Source of the DNA: an uncultured Chloroflexia bacterium
Lineage (GTDB): Bacteria; Chloroflexota; UBA6077; JACCZL01
DNA length: 64,000 nt
Direction of reading: 5' to 3'
NCBI GenBank assembly: GCA_963765765.1
Contig: CAVXYC010000015.1
Location: forward strand, 576,001 to 640,000
Under the pieces are notes generated by a model. The model was not told the DNA's origin. It did not search any database and worked only from the letters and a program-made list of their open reading frames with translations. The first letter of the stretch is position 1. Each line of letters opens with the position of its first letter. A program made the translations under genes and the position numbers. Shown in pieces: positions 22,626-33,301 of this stretch.

Positions 22626-23501
22626 ATGAGCGACCTCCTGCAGTTTGCGTTCGCGGGCCTCACAATCGGGTCAAGCTACGCGCTGGTTGCCCTCGGTTTC
22701 AGCATCGTGTATCGCGGGACCGGTGCGATCAACTTCGTGCAGGGCGAGTTTGTGATGGCTGCCGGCGTGCTCGCTGGCGTCGTTCATGAGTCGTTCAGTC
22801 CGCCGCTGCCACTCACGATTGTGGTGACGCTTACCCTGCTGATCGCGCTGGGAGTGCTCACCGAGGCCGTCAGCATGCGCCTCGTACGAGCGCGAAGCGC
22901 CGAGGCTCTGACCATCACCACGATCGGCCTTGCCGTGGTGCTCAAGGCTGCAGCGATGATGGCGACCGGCAAGCGCACGTTCTCGCTGCCGGCGTTTAGC
23001 GGTTCGGAGCCTATCCGCGTTGGAGCGGCCGCTCTCCTGCCACAGACCCTGTGGAATGTAGGACTAGTGGCATTGGCGGCCGTGCTGTTCACGCTGTTTT
23101 TTCGCTATACGCGTCGCGGCGTGCTGCTGCGCGCGGCCGCTGACGACGGCGAGGCCGCCTCGATGATGGGGGTGTCATTGCGCGAGACGACTACCTGGAC
23201 CTTCGCGCTCGCCGCGATACTCGGCGGGGTAGCCGGACTCATCCTCACCCCAGTGACGCTGATGTCGTTCGATTCCGGAACACTTCTCGGACTGAAAGGC
23301 TTCGCCGCGGCCATGCTGGGAGGAATTGGAAGCATGTACGGCGCCCTGGCGGGTGGATTGCTCCTTGGTCTAGCGGAAGCGATGACCGCGGGGTACGTCT
23401 CTAGTCAGTGGGCCGATGTGATGAGCTTCATCGTCCTACTGATCATTCTCTTCGTGCGGCCCACCGGAATCCTGGGCTTGCGCGGGGCTCGGCGAGTCTA
23501 G
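22626..23501 (+). CDS. livH: ABC permease, LivH-like
   Basis: GSSYALVALGFSIVY, INFVQGE, GLKGFAAAMLGG, RPTGILG. Confidence 0.85.
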   Translation: MSDLLQFAFAGLTIGSSYALVALGFSIVYRGTGAINFVQGEFVMAAGVLAGVVHESFSPPLPLTIVVTLTLLIALGVLTEAVSMRLVRARSAEALTITTIGLAVVLKAAAMMATGKRTFSLPAFSGSEPIRVGAAALLPQTLWNVGLVALAAVLFTLFFRYTRRGVLLRAAADDGEAASMMGVSLRETTTWTFALAAILGGVAGLILTPVTLMSFDSGTLLGLKGFAAAMLGGIGSMYGALAGGLLLGLAEAMTAGYVSSQWADVMSFIVLLIILFVRPTGILGLRGARRV

Positions 23502-23502
23502 C

Positions 23503-24555
23503 ATGGCTCAGACTGCAACGAGCCCGGTTATTCGCGAGCGGCCCGCCTCACTGACGAGCCGCCTGGCCGGGGCGTTGAGCGGAGATTGGTGGGCTCTGGG
23601 TGTATTCGCACTCGTTCTCGCGATAGCGCCTCTCGTGCAGGGTACGTCCTACTATCACGGGATTCTGGTCACGTTCACGATCAACCTCATCCTACTGATC
23701 GGCCTGAATCTGATTGCCGGCTACGCCAATCAGCTTTCACTCGGTCATGCGGGCTTTTACGGACTCGGCGCCTACACTGCCGGCATCGTCTCAGTAAAAT
23801 TGGGCTGGCCCCCGATTCTCGGACTGCTTCTGGCACCACTCGTCGTAGCGGCGGTCTCGTTGCTCGTGGGCCTGCCAACGCTGCGCCTACGAGGTCTCTA
23901 TTTCTCAATGGCGACACTCGGGCTCGGAACAGTGCTCTTTCTAGGATTTGGTCGCGCGGTTCCGTTAACCGGCGGGCCTAACGGTCTGCTCGGCGTCCCA
24001 CGATTCAGTATTGGGGAATTTCCACTCATTGGCCCTCTCCCCTGGTATTGCTTCGGCGCGATCATCGCCTTTCTCGGGCTGGCCGCGACGCGTAATCTAC
24101 TCCGCTCGCGAGTTGGTCGGGGGCTACGAGGCCTGGGATTCTCGGAAGCGGCTGCCGCGGCAGTCGGCGTTGACGCGTTTCGCTCCAAGCTGGTCATCTT
24201 CACTGTTACCGCCGGGTACGCGGGAATCGCTGGCGCCATTCAGGTGTTCCAGGCGCGGTTCGTGAGCCCGGAGCCCTTCAATTTTTTCACCACCGTGATC
24301 CTCGTCGTGATGATGGTGCTCTCCGGAGCCGGAACCGTCTGGGGCCCAGTCGTCGGTGCGCTTATGTTGACCGGCCTGGATGAGGTCCTGACCGGCTACC
24401 AGGATCTGAAGCCGCTTGTGCTTGGGGTGGTGTTCCTCGTGGTGCTCCGGCTGTTCCCTCGCGGCATTGTTGGCGGGATCGAGCATGCGCTGGCCGTTCG
24501 CCGTGACCACGCGGCTGAGCGGGCGCGGGAGTCCGGCGTCGCGGAAGGTCGGTAG
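23503..24555 (+). CDS. livM: ABC permease, LivM-like
   Basis: QLSLGHAGFYGLGAY, LRLRGLYFSMATLG, LTGGPNG, FPRGIVG. Confidence 0.85.
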   Translation: MAQTATSPVIRERPASLTSRLAGALSGDWWALGVFALVLAIAPLVQGTSYYHGILVTFTINLILLIGLNLIAGYANQLSLGHAGFYGLGAYTAGIVSVKLGWPPILGLLLAPLVVAAVSLLVGLPTLRLRGLYFSMATLGLGTVLFLGFGRAVPLTGGPNGLLGVPRFSIGEFPLIGPLPWYCFGAIIAFLGLAATRNLLRSRVGRGLRGLGFSEAAAAAVGVDAFRSKLVIFTVTAGYAGIAGAIQVFQARFVSPEPFNFFTTVILVVMMVLSGAGTVWGPVVGALMLTGLDEVLTGYQDLKPLVLGVVFLVVLRLFPRGIVGGIEHALAVRRDHAAERARESGVAEGR

Positions 24556-25337
24556 TGAGGAGGCAGAGTCTCGAGATCCGCGAGATCAGCAAGTCATTCG
24601 GTGGCGTTCGGGCGCTCCACAAAGTGAGCTTCATCGCCAAGCCAGGCCATGTCAACGCGCTCATCGGCCCGAATGGCGCCGGCAAGAGCACACTTGCCAA
24701 CGTCATCTCCGGTTTCACCCGGGCCGATAGTGGCGTGGTGCTCGTAGGTGACCGAGCCGTCACCGGTCTGCCGGCTCATAAGCGTGCCGAGCACGGGATT
24801 GGCCGCACGTTTCAGAACCTGGAGCTATTTGCCGGGCTGAGTGTGCTCGAGAACCTGATGCTCGGGGCCTATTCCCGTGGCCGGGCCGGGTTCGCGTCCG
24901 CGTTCCTCCGCCTGCCCTCGGTCCAGCGCGAGGACGCGGCGGCGCGAGAGATGAGTCTACGTGTGCTCGACTCGATCGGCCTCGGCGGTCTGGCCGCACG
25001 CCCCGTGGACTCACTGTCGTATGGACAGGCAAAGCTGGTTGAGCTCGGACGGGCGCTGGTAGGCGAGCCCGCGGTGCTCCTCCTCGACGAGCCCGCCGCC
25101 GGGCTCACTCCGGCGGAATCCCATGATGTCGGCCAGCGCATTGCGCGGCTGGCGGAGGGCGGCGTGACCGTGCTGTTGATCGAGCACAACATGCGTCTGG
25201 TAATGGGGATCTCGCACTGGATTACGGTCTTGGATGAGGGACAGGTCATTGCGGCCGGCCCGCCGGCTGAGATTCAGTCCAATGAGCGCGTCATTGAGGC
25301 GTACCTCGGCCGACAGAGTGCCGATAGCGCCGCATGA
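24555..25337 (+). CDS. livG: ABC ATP-binding protein, LivG-like
   Basis: GPNGAGKST, GRTFQN, LSYGQ, LLLDEPAAG, IEHNM, VIEAYLG. Confidence 0.9.
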   Translation: MRRQSLEIREISKSFGGVRALHKVSFIAKPGHVNALIGPNGAGKSTLANVISGFTRADSGVVLVGDRAVTGLPAHKRAEHGIGRTFQNLELFAGLSVLENLMLGAYSRGRAGFASAFLRLPSVQREDAAAREMSLRVLDSIGLGGLAARPVDSLSYGQAKLVELGRALVGEPAVLLLDEPAAGLTPAESHDVGQRIARLAEGGVTVLLIEHNMRLVMGISHWITVLDEGQVIAAGPPAEIQSNERVIEAYLGRQSADSAA

Positions 25338-26050
25338 GCCAGGCTGAGCTGGTTATCCAAGAACTGAAAATCGGCTACGGGCGCATTGAAGTAGTCCACG
25401 GATTGTCCCTGCGGGCTGCACCGGGCCGGGTCACCTCCCTGATCGGCCCCAATGGAGCCGGCAAGACCACCACCATTGCAAGCATCCTCGGGCTTGTTCC
25501 AGCCTGGTCTGGCGCAATTACCCTTGACGGCAGAGACCTGGTGCGCTTGCCAACGCATGAGCGAATTCGCCGTGGCATTGGGGTCGTGCCGCAGGGCCGA
25601 CGGATCTTTCCGACGCTGTCTGTGATTGAGAACCTCCGCATAGGTGCGAGCAGCCGTCGCGGTGGTTGGAACGACGAAGGAGCCATCGATCGCGTCCTCG
25701 AGACGTTCCCCGCGCTCGCACGAATGCGCGAGCGCCTGGGCGGCAGCCTCTCCGGTGGGGAGCAGCAGATGTTGGCCCTTGGGCGCGCCTTGATGGCCGA
25801 ACCCAGATTGCTGTTACTCGACGAGCCATCAATGGGTCTCTCCCCGCGCATGGTCGAGGTGATCTACGAAGCGCTCGCCGGCCTCCGTGATCGGGGAATG
25901 ACCATGCTTCTGGCCGAGCAGAACGCCCGCTCCGCCCTGGCGCTCAGCGATGATGCCTACGTCCTGGAGTCCGGTCGCGTTGAGGAAAACGGCCTCTCCG
26001 CTGAACTGCGCTCATCACCGCGAGTGCAGGAGATCTACTTCGGAGCGTAG
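25334..26050 (+). CDS. livF: ABC ATP-binding protein, LivF-like
   Basis: GPNGAGKTT, LSGGEQQMLA, LDEPSMGLSP, EQNA. Confidence 0.9.
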   Translation: MSQAELVIQELKIGYGRIEVVHGLSLRAAPGRVTSLIGPNGAGKTTTIASILGLVPAWSGAITLDGRDLVRLPTHERIRRGIGVVPQGRRIFPTLSVIENLRIGASSRRGGWNDEGAIDRVLETFPALARMRERLGGSLSGGEQQMLALGRALMAEPRLLLLDEPSMGLSPRMVEVIYEALAGLRDRGMTMLLAEQNARSALALSDDAYVLESGRVEENGLSAELRSSPRVQEIYFGA

Positions 26051-26280
26051 GCGAACGACCGCGCGAGGGTAGGTCACCGGTCGTGTGATGCTCCTCGAGC
26101 TCGGCCACTGGTGGACCACATCGACCTCAGCGAAAATCGGCCAGAGGCGCAATTCCGTCCACCAGGCTACGTCGGATGGGTCCGAAGGGCCGACGAGGAC
26201 CCGTGAGACGAGAGTACCGTGTGCCAAATGCGCCGCGCAGTCATACGCGTGGCGATACCCAAAGCCGATGAGGGAGCGAC

Positions 26281-26709
26281 ATGGTGGACGAGCCAGGGGC
26301 GTGCTCTGAATGCGGTGCGCCAAGGGTAATGGGCCTGAGCTGCTGGGAGCAGCTCGGAGCCCTCATCGCGTGGGAGGGCAGTGATCCCGAGCTGCTCGCC
26401 GAACACTTCCTCACCGTCACTTGCTACAACCTTCAGCACCCGGCCCAGTTTACCGATGCGGCCCTGGCCAACCTGCGCGCCGCCATGATGGACCGGTTGG
26501 ACAAAGGGGTCGCCGTTGAAGAGCTGCGGCGCCGTGCGGCACGCCGCTTCGAGGGCAAAACGCGCGTCCTGAAACCTGCGTCCGAGCGACGTCCCGTCTT
26601 GCGCGAGTGGGGTATGACGATCGCGGACGTGTACACCCCCGAGCATCCGGACGGCGCTGCCGACAGGGTCAGAGCGTGGGCCGCCACTATTCGTCGGGAG
26701 CTGGGTTGA
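26281..26709 (+). CDS. Conserved hypothetical protein (DUF5946-like)
   Basis: GGAG RBS; N-terminal CSECGA..C, H..TVTCYNLQHP, TIADV, VRAWA. Confidence 0.55.
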   Translation: MVDEPGACSECGAPRVMGLSCWEQLGALIAWEGSDPELLAEHFLTVTCYNLQHPAQFTDAALANLRAAMMDRLDKGVAVEELRRRAARRFEGKTRVLKPASERRPVLREWGMTIADVYTPEHPDGAADRVRAWAATIRRELG

Positions 26710-27111
26710 CCGCAAAGGTCTCAGATCAGCGGCAGCCACGCACGACCACGCCCATCCCACGACCGTATGATGCTCTAATTCGGGCCACCTGACATCATCC
26801 ACCCCGCCTTTGGGCTAGTAGTCCGGACGGCGCGCTTCCGCCCGTTGGCCTGGGACTTCGACCGGCCGCCGAAGACGATGATCAGGCTACATGACGTAGC
26901 GTTTGCCTGTCGTGCTGCGCACGCCGGTCTCCACCTACGTGCAGCCTTCACGACAAACTCTAGAGACTCAGAATGACATTGCGCTCGCGGAACACTTGAT
27001 CCCGTAGGGATGGTGGATCGCCGTGTGCCGCCTGTTGTCCACGATCTACCGTCCAATCTGGCGCCCGGTCCGCTCCGTCCGTCACCATTGCACTACGAAG
27101 CAGGAGGAACC

Positions 27112-27902
27112 ATGACGTTCAGTATTACCCCGATCATCATTGCCCGTGGTCCACACCGGGAGTGCAGCCGCTTTACGTACCTGAACAACTTTGGCGAGAA
27201 GGTAACGATCCCCTACGTTGCCTGGCTGATCCGTGGCAAGGATATGAACGTGCTGGCGGACACCGGCTGCACTGCCGAGCAGTACGCCAAACACATCCGC
27301 CCGATCGAGCGGCCAGCTCATGGTCGCCGGCGAAGCGTTCGCCGACGTCGAGGACGTTACGCCGCTCGATGAGGGGCTGAAGGCCAAGCGGCCTCACTCG
27401 TGACGACATCGACGTGCTCATTCAGACCCATCTTGATTGGGACCACTGTATGAACACTTCCGGCTTCAAGCGCTCCAAAGTCCTCATCCAGAAGACCGAG
27501 ATCGAGGATCTGCCGGTCCACCCGCTCTACGAGAAGACCCACGCCCCGGACTACATCTACGACGATATAAAGTCGCTCGACCTGCAGATCGTCGACGGGG
27601 ATCATGAGGTCGCGCCCGGACTCACCGCCCTCTACACGCCCGGGCACACCGCCGGCGGCATGTCAGTAGCGGTGGACACGAAGTCCGGCACACATGTCAT
27701 CACCGGTCTGTGCACGGTCAAGGCGAACTACTATCTGACCGACGAACAGAAGGAGCAGCTCGGTTACGAGGTCATCCCGCCGGGAATGCACCTGGATGCG
27801 CGCACGGCGTATGACAGCACGTTGCGGATTCTTCGCGTTGGTGGTGAGCACGTCCTGGCCAACCACGACCCATCGAACTTCAACCTGGTGACGATCGAGT
27901 AA
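27112..27902 (+). CDS. MBL-fold N-acyl homoserine lactonase-family protein (frameshift ~27310)
   Basis: AGGAGG RBS; LADTG, THLDWDH, TPGHTAG, NHDP. Confidence 0.8.
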
Positions 27903-27919
27903 CTCGACACATCCGGGTT

Positions 27920-30322
27920 TTATCTCACCGCGGGAGCACCCGGGCCAGCTTCACGAAGCTCCGTGAAGGGGGCAGAGTGCTCCCGCGTACTCTTTGCCAG
28001 ATTCCGGACTCGCTCGGGGGTCAGCGGCAGGCGCACGTCATCAGTCACCGGCAGTCCCAGCGCGTTCAGGACCGCGTTGGCTACCGCGGCTGGTGTTGCC
28101 AGGAGCCCGGATTCCCCCATGCCTTTGACGCCGCCCACGGTGAAGGGCGACGGCGACTCCAGGTGCTGGATGGACAGGTCCGTCATTTCGGTTGCTCCGG
28201 GCAGCAAGTAATCCATCATGCTGGCCGTGAGAAGCTGGCCTTCGTCGTCATAGATGATGTCTTCAAAGAGGGCGCCGCCAACCCCCTGGGCCACGGCGCC
28301 CTGGATCTGCCCCTCGACGATACTCGGATTGAGCACGGTGCCACAGTCTTCAGCCGCGCCGAGCTGAAGCAGCTGAACAAGCCCCGTCTCGGGATCCACC
28401 TCGCATTGCACCGCGATGCAGCCATTTGAATAGGTCGCCTTCGGATCGTAGAACGCCGTGGCACTCAGCATCGGCTCGGGATCGACCGCTCGAACCGCCG
28501 GCGAGAAGTACGCCGCTTCGGCGACCTGCATGAGCGTCACGCGTTGATCGGGCGCGCCCCGCACGTGGAACGCGGAGTCTTCCAGGACGACGTCATCCAC
28601 GCCCGCTTCCAGCAGGAACGCGGCAATGCGAACGAGCTTCTCGCGAACCTGCTGAGCGGCCCTGGTCAGCGCCCCGCCCGATACGACGGCGGTCCGACTC
28701 GCCCGAGCGCCAATGCCAAAGGGGGTTTGAGAGGTGTCACCCAGCAATACGGTGACGTTGCTGGGCTCGATGTCGAACACGTCCGCCACCACCTGCGCCA
28801 GGACCGTCTCGTGGCCCTGGCCCTGTGACGCCGTGCCGACCGCCGCGGTGACGTTGCCCGAAGGATCAACCGTCACACTGGCCAGGTCATGCGAGGCAAA
28901 CGGCCAGTTCGCCTGCGCGCCGCCCTCAGAGCCCCACCCGCCCGGCTCCACATAGGGGCTGAAGCCTACTCCGACGAGGCGTCCGTCTGCCTGCGTGCTC
29001 GTCGAGCCAATGGTCTCCACTGCCGCGTTCAGCGACTCGAGGTAGCTGCCGCTGTCGTACACCATGCCGGTGCAGGATCTGTAGGGGAATTCGTCCGACC
29101 GAATCATGTTCTTGCGGCGCAGCTCGATCGGGTCCAGCCCGAGGTCGTGCGCGACCCGGTCGAGCAAAAGCTCCCGAGCAACCTGCCCGGCCGTCCAGCC
29201 AACCCCGCGATACGGGCTGATCGGCGCCTTGTTCGTCAGCACCGCGACCACTTCATGCCGCACATCCTGAACGCGATACACGCCGGGCGTGAGCTGGGCC
29301 GCCAGATACGGCTCCACCAGCGCGCTGGCGCTGTTGAATGAGTACGCCCCAACGTCGCCGACATAGCGCGCCTTGAACGCGAGCAATGTTCCATCGGAGC
29401 GCGCGGCTACCTCGAGCGTGATGGTCTGCTCCTTCGCGTGGGTTCCAGCAACGAGGTTCTCGCGTCGATCTTCCAGCCAGCGCACCGGTCGGCCGAGCCG
29501 AATCGAGGCCGCCGCGATGACACCTTCTTCAGGGTGCATCGGTATCTTCTGACCGAATCCGCCGCCAACGGCGGGCGCAATGACTCGCACGCGATGCTCG
29601 GGGATGTCCAGCGTTCGAGCGAGACGATTTCGCAGCAGATGCGGGCATTGTGTTGACGACCACATCGTCAGGTCACCTGCCAGCGAGTCGTATGAGGCCA
29701 GGCATCCGCGTGGCTCCATCGGCATGGCCGCGAAGCGGTTGCCTCGATACGTCCAGGAAGCGGTGTAGTCAGCCTCCTCGAATGCCTTATCCGGTTCGCC
29801 TATGGTCGTGACCTGTCGAAAGATCGTGTTGGTGCCCAGGTCATCAAACAGCACGGGCGCCTCAGGTGCGCTAGCGGCATCCGGGTCCACGACCGCGGGT
29901 AGCGGCTCATAGTCCACTTCGACCAGCTCGGCCGCGTCTTCCGCCACGTAGCGGTCCTCGGCCAGCACCACGGCGACCGCTTCACCGGCAAACCTCGCGC
30001 GGTCACCGGCCAGCAGAGGCTGAGGAGTCTTGAGCAGCCCCTCCAGCCGCATTCGGTCGGTAAGCGGGACGCCGCGCACTTCGGCTGCCGTCAACACGAC
30101 CACGACGCCGCTCATGGCCATGGCTGCCGAGGTATCGATCGAGAGGATGCGCGCGTGAGCGTGCGGCGAGCGCACGAACGCGGCATGGAGCAGGTCCGTG
30201 CGTGTGAGATCACCGATGAACGTAGCTCGGCCGGTGAGCAGGCGTGGATCTTCACCGCGCCGAACGCGCGCGCCGATCCAGCGGCCCGCGCCGATCGGCG
30301 CACCGAGATCAGTCTGCGTCAC
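27920..30322 (-). CDS. Xanthine dehydrogenase/CoxL-family molybdopterin-binding large subunit
   Basis: EDPRLLTG, VRSPHAHA, GGGFGQK, GQGHET, VEGQIQG, KGMGESG; GTG 30322 overlaps the upstream TGA. Confidence 0.92.
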   Translation of the reverse strand: MTQTDLGAPIGAGRWIGARVRRGEDPRLLTGRATFIGDLTRTDLLHAAFVRSPHAHARILSIDTSAAMAMSGVVVVLTAAEVRGVPLTDRMRLEGLLKTPQPLLAGDRARFAGEAVAVVLAEDRYVAEDAAELVEVDYEPLPAVVDPDAASAPEAPVLFDDLGTNTIFRQVTTIGEPDKAFEEADYTASWTYRGNRFAAMPMEPRGCLASYDSLAGDLTMWSSTQCPHLLRNRLARTLDIPEHRVRVIAPAVGGGFGQKIPMHPEEGVIAAASIRLGRPVRWLEDRRENLVAGTHAKEQTITLEVAARSDGTLLAFKARYVGDVGAYSFNSASALVEPYLAAQLTPGVYRVQDVRHEVVAVLTNKAPISPYRGVGWTAGQVARELLLDRVAHDLGLDPIELRRKNMIRSDEFPYRSCTGMVYDSGSYLESLNAAVETIGSTSTQADGRLVGVGFSPYVEPGGWGSEGGAQANWPFASHDLASVTVDPSGNVTAAVGTASQGQGHETVLAQVVADVFDIEPSNVTVLLGDTSQTPFGIGARASRTAVVSGGALTRAAQQVREKLVRIAAFLLEAGVDDVVLEDSAFHVRGAPDQRVTLMQVAEAAYFSPAVRAVDPEPMLSATAFYDPKATYSNGCIAVQCEVDPETGLVQLLQLGAAEDCGTVLNPSIVEGQIQGAVAQGVGGALFEDIIYDDEGQLLTASMMDYLLPGATEMTDLSIQHLESPSPFTVGGVKGMGESGLLATPAAVANAVLNALGLPVTDDVRLPLTPERVRNLAKSTREHSAPFTELREAGPGAPAVR

Positions 30323-31158
30323 GATGCGGCGTGCGACTCTTTGGGTGTGTTGGGGTCCGCGCCCCACTCGGACCAGGAGCCATCGTACAGCACGAGATTG
30401 TCATACCCGGCCAGGGTCAAGCCGATGAAGCTCGCGCTCGCCGATACACCCCCGCCGCAATACAGAACGATGCGCTCGGATGACGCATCAGCGCCTGCCG
30501 CCGCGGCCATCCGGGAAATCTCTTCTGCGTCGCGCCACCGGCCACCGGCATCCAGCAGACCGGGGCCCGGAAATCGGCGCGCTCCCGGAATGTGGAGGCC
30601 GGTTCCGAAGTAGGTGGCATCCATCCGACAATCCAGGAGCCGACCGTTCAGCTCACCCAGATCTCGCAACAGCTCCTCTTTGGTGGTGCGCATCTCCGGT
30701 CGTTGACGTGGCGTGAACCTGGCGCGAGGAGCTGTGGTCGTCGCCTGCTCGATCGGTCTTCCCTCGGCAATCCATCGATTAATGCCGCCATCGAGCACGC
30801 GCACCTGGTCGTGCCCGTAATAACGGAGCGACCACCACACCCGCGCCGCCATCGTCACTTGATTGTCATCGTAAGCAACGACCAGGGTCTGGTCACCGAT
30901 GCCGTTGCGCTCCATGGACTCGCGGAAGATCTCCGGCGGGGCGATCTGCCCTTCCACAGGATCGTCAGGATCAGAGAGGTCGTGGTGCCAATCGAGGTGC
31001 ACCGCGCCCGGAATGTGACCGTTGAGATACTGCTGCCGTCCATCCACGCCGCTGCTCACGCCGGGCAGCGCGAAGCGCGCGTCGACGATGCGTATGTTCG
31101 GATCATTGATATGGTCTGCCAGCCACTCTGTGGACACCAGGATCTCGTCGCGCTGCAT
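30319..31158 (-). CDS. Two-domain rhodanese/mercaptopyruvate sulfurtransferase (SseA-like)
   Basis: LVSTEWL, GHIPGA, VLDGG, YCGGGVSA, LYDGSWSEWG. Confidence 0.92.
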   Translation of the reverse strand: MQRDEILVSTEWLADHINDPNIRIVDARFALPGVSSGVDGRQQYLNGHIPGAVHLDWHHDLSDPDDPVEGQIAPPEIFRESMERNGIGDQTLVVAYDDNQVTMAARVWWSLRYYGHDQVRVLDGGINRWIAEGRPIEQATTTAPRARFTPRQRPEMRTTKEELLRDLGELNGRLLDCRMDATYFGTGLHIPGARRFPGPGLLDAGGRWRDAEEISRMAAAAGADASSERIVLYCGGGVSASASFIGLTLAGYDNLVLYDGSWSEWGADPNTPKESHAAS

Positions 31159-31938
31159 GAGCTTGTTCTCCCTCAGACCTGCCAATCATAGAAGAATTTC
31201 ACTCTGATAAAGCACGTCCCGGCCCAGCAATGGCGTTCGCTGAAATGGTCGTCAGACGACGCGCTTCTCGCTCAGGAATACCGCGATCTCACCAAGAACG
31301 TCAACCGGCGTCCGTGGACCAGGGTGCTGTAGAGCGATACGGCGCTGCTCGCTGGGAGACTCGTTGAGGCCATACGCCCGGCGCATTCTCCGCACGGTGC
31401 GCGTCTCCGCCATTTGATGATGTCGTCGTCCCAGAGCCGAGCGTTCGAAGAGCCTGAGAGCCCGCGCCACACCGGCCCAGGTGACCGAGATCTTCCAGTA
31501 GCTCGGACGCTCGATCCGTCTGGCGGCCTGCTGCCTCGCGGAGACCGGTTCCCAAGGCATCCGAACCATTCGTTCTGATACCGCATTTCCCAGAACCACC
31601 GGCGACGAACTTACTCTCGGAGTCGATCTTCGGGGTTCCCGATTCTGGCCTGTGACTGCGGTTATCGGAGCGGATTCTGGCCACACCGGGGGCTTGACAA
31701 CGCCGCTCCTCCGCCGGGCGACGCGTCCGATGTTCTGGGACCGACGGCACATTGGCGTTACAACGCCGCCGTTGCGTGGAACGTGAGGGCCGGCGCGAGG
31801 TTTTCATTTACCGGCAATATGCATCGGATGACGACGTGGGCGTTGAGTGGGCCAATGGGCCCTTAGATATAAAGCGATGTGGGCATAGATGTTGAATAAG
31901 TCACTCGGTTCTGATCTCGTCTAGGAAGGGGAGCCTCT

Positions 31939-32394
31939 TTAGGACAGAGAGCCGCTGTTGCGCTCGAGCGTCAGCGCCACGACGGGGATTTCTCCGTCCG
32001 ATCGCGTTGGCATCTCCGGCAGGTCGGGGGATTCTCGGCGCGATGTATCCCAGGCAGCACGCATGCGCTCTAGTATCCGCGCTCTACGTTTTCCGTCTAA
32101 CACAGCCGCGGTCGCCAGGCCGCGCGTATTAGCGACCTCGACTGTAGCGACTGGATTGGCGACGAGATTCTTGAACCAGTCCGAAATCCTGGACGAGTTG
32201 AGATCGGCGCCAATGACGATCAATTGACCCTCGTCCTCGATATACGAGAGTGGCGTGGTATGTTGCTGCCCGGTCTTTCTGCCAGTCGTCGTGAGCAGTA
32301 GCAGCGCGTCCCGCGCGAAGAACCCGCCAACCTTTCCGCCGTTGGCACGGAATTCGGCTATGACTTCAGCGTTGCTCGCGCCTAGCTTGCTCAT
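31939..32394 (-). CDS. Deazaflavin (F420)-dependent nitroreductase, DDN family
   Basis: IAEFRANGGKVGG, LLLLTTTGRKTG, DWFKNLVANP, IPVVAL. Confidence 0.85.
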   Translation of the reverse strand: MSKLGASNAEVIAEFRANGGKVGGFFARDALLLLTTTGRKTGQQHTTPLSYIEDEGQLIVIGADLNSSRISDWFKNLVANPVATVEVANTRGLATAAVLDGKRRARILERMRAAWDTSRRESPDLPEMPTRSDGEIPVVALTLERNSGSLS

Positions 32395-32478
32395 GTCCTT
32401 TCAGCCTCGACGCACACGTATCATCAGCGCTGGACATGTGGACAGATCCCGGGTCAACCGGAGACACCGCTGAGCAGC

Positions 32479-32922
32479 TCAGTCACTGACAGGCGGTCCG
32501 GCTTCGCCATCGGGACTGGCCAGGACAACGATGTATCCGTTTGGATCTTTGAGCCAGACCTCTCGATGATTCGGGCCTCCACGGCCGTCGGGCGGGTTAC
32601 GGTGCGGCGGCAAAACGATCTCTGCCTGCAGCTCGTTTGCTCGCACCACGGCAGCGTCGAAATCGTCGATCTCGAACCACAGCAGCACGCCGTTGCCATA
32701 GGGCATATCGCTGGGATCGCCGACGGCGCCGTGGTCGTGATCCACATCCCAGTGGTGAAGCTGCATGATCAGCGTGCCATTGTCCTCGAGGCGCTCATAC
32801 TCCGGGCCGCCATGCGCGCTCTGGCAGCCAAGCAATCGTTGATACCAGAGACTTGTGGCCTCGACATCCGCGACGGCGATGAGTGGTTGTGGACGCATGG
32901 TACGAGGTCCCGAACTATTCAT
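32479..32922 (-). CDS. VOC/glyoxalase family protein
   Basis: PLIAVADV, WYQRLLG, LWFEIDDFD, EVWLKDPNGY. Confidence 0.85.
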   Translation of the reverse strand: MNSSGPRTMRPQPLIAVADVEATSLWYQRLLGCQSAHGGPEYERLEDNGTLIMQLHHWDVDHDHGAVGDPSDMPYGNGVLLWFEIDDFDAAVVRANELQAEIVLPPHRNPPDGRGGPNHREVWLKDPNGYIVVLASPDGEAGPPVSD

Positions 32923-33301
32923 TCTCCTGCGAGACTACGGGATGTCTTATCGGCAAGCAAGCCAGTACGGGAAGCGCAGCTTCGGATGGCATGGTAACTT
33001 GGACAACTGGCTTAAGCACATATCTGGCGTGGTCGTGACCGGTGGCTCCTTCAGTATTGACGTTCAAGAAGTCAGGAAGCTTGTTGCGACGCTGTTACAA
33101 AATACGTAGGATGGCGACACTTGTCCGTCCCTCCTTTTGTCTGCAAAAACGAAATTGATTACAGCAGAGCATTCATTGGTAACACTTCGTGTGTGATTGA
33201 CTGCGATAACGAAGTACCGAATGAGGGCGTCGATCGATAAACGAGTGTGGAACACTCCGCAACCGATGTCGAAACGCATTTTGTGATTCCGATACGTCCA
33301 G

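Noticed and set aside
27920-30322. Aerobic CO dehydrogenase (coxL)
   Set aside because: It lacks the AYxCSFR copper-binding loop, and no coxM/coxS genes are present.
31252-31810. Overlapping ORFs upstream of the sulfurtransferase
   Set aside because: No recognisable motif or RBS in any frame; left unassigned.
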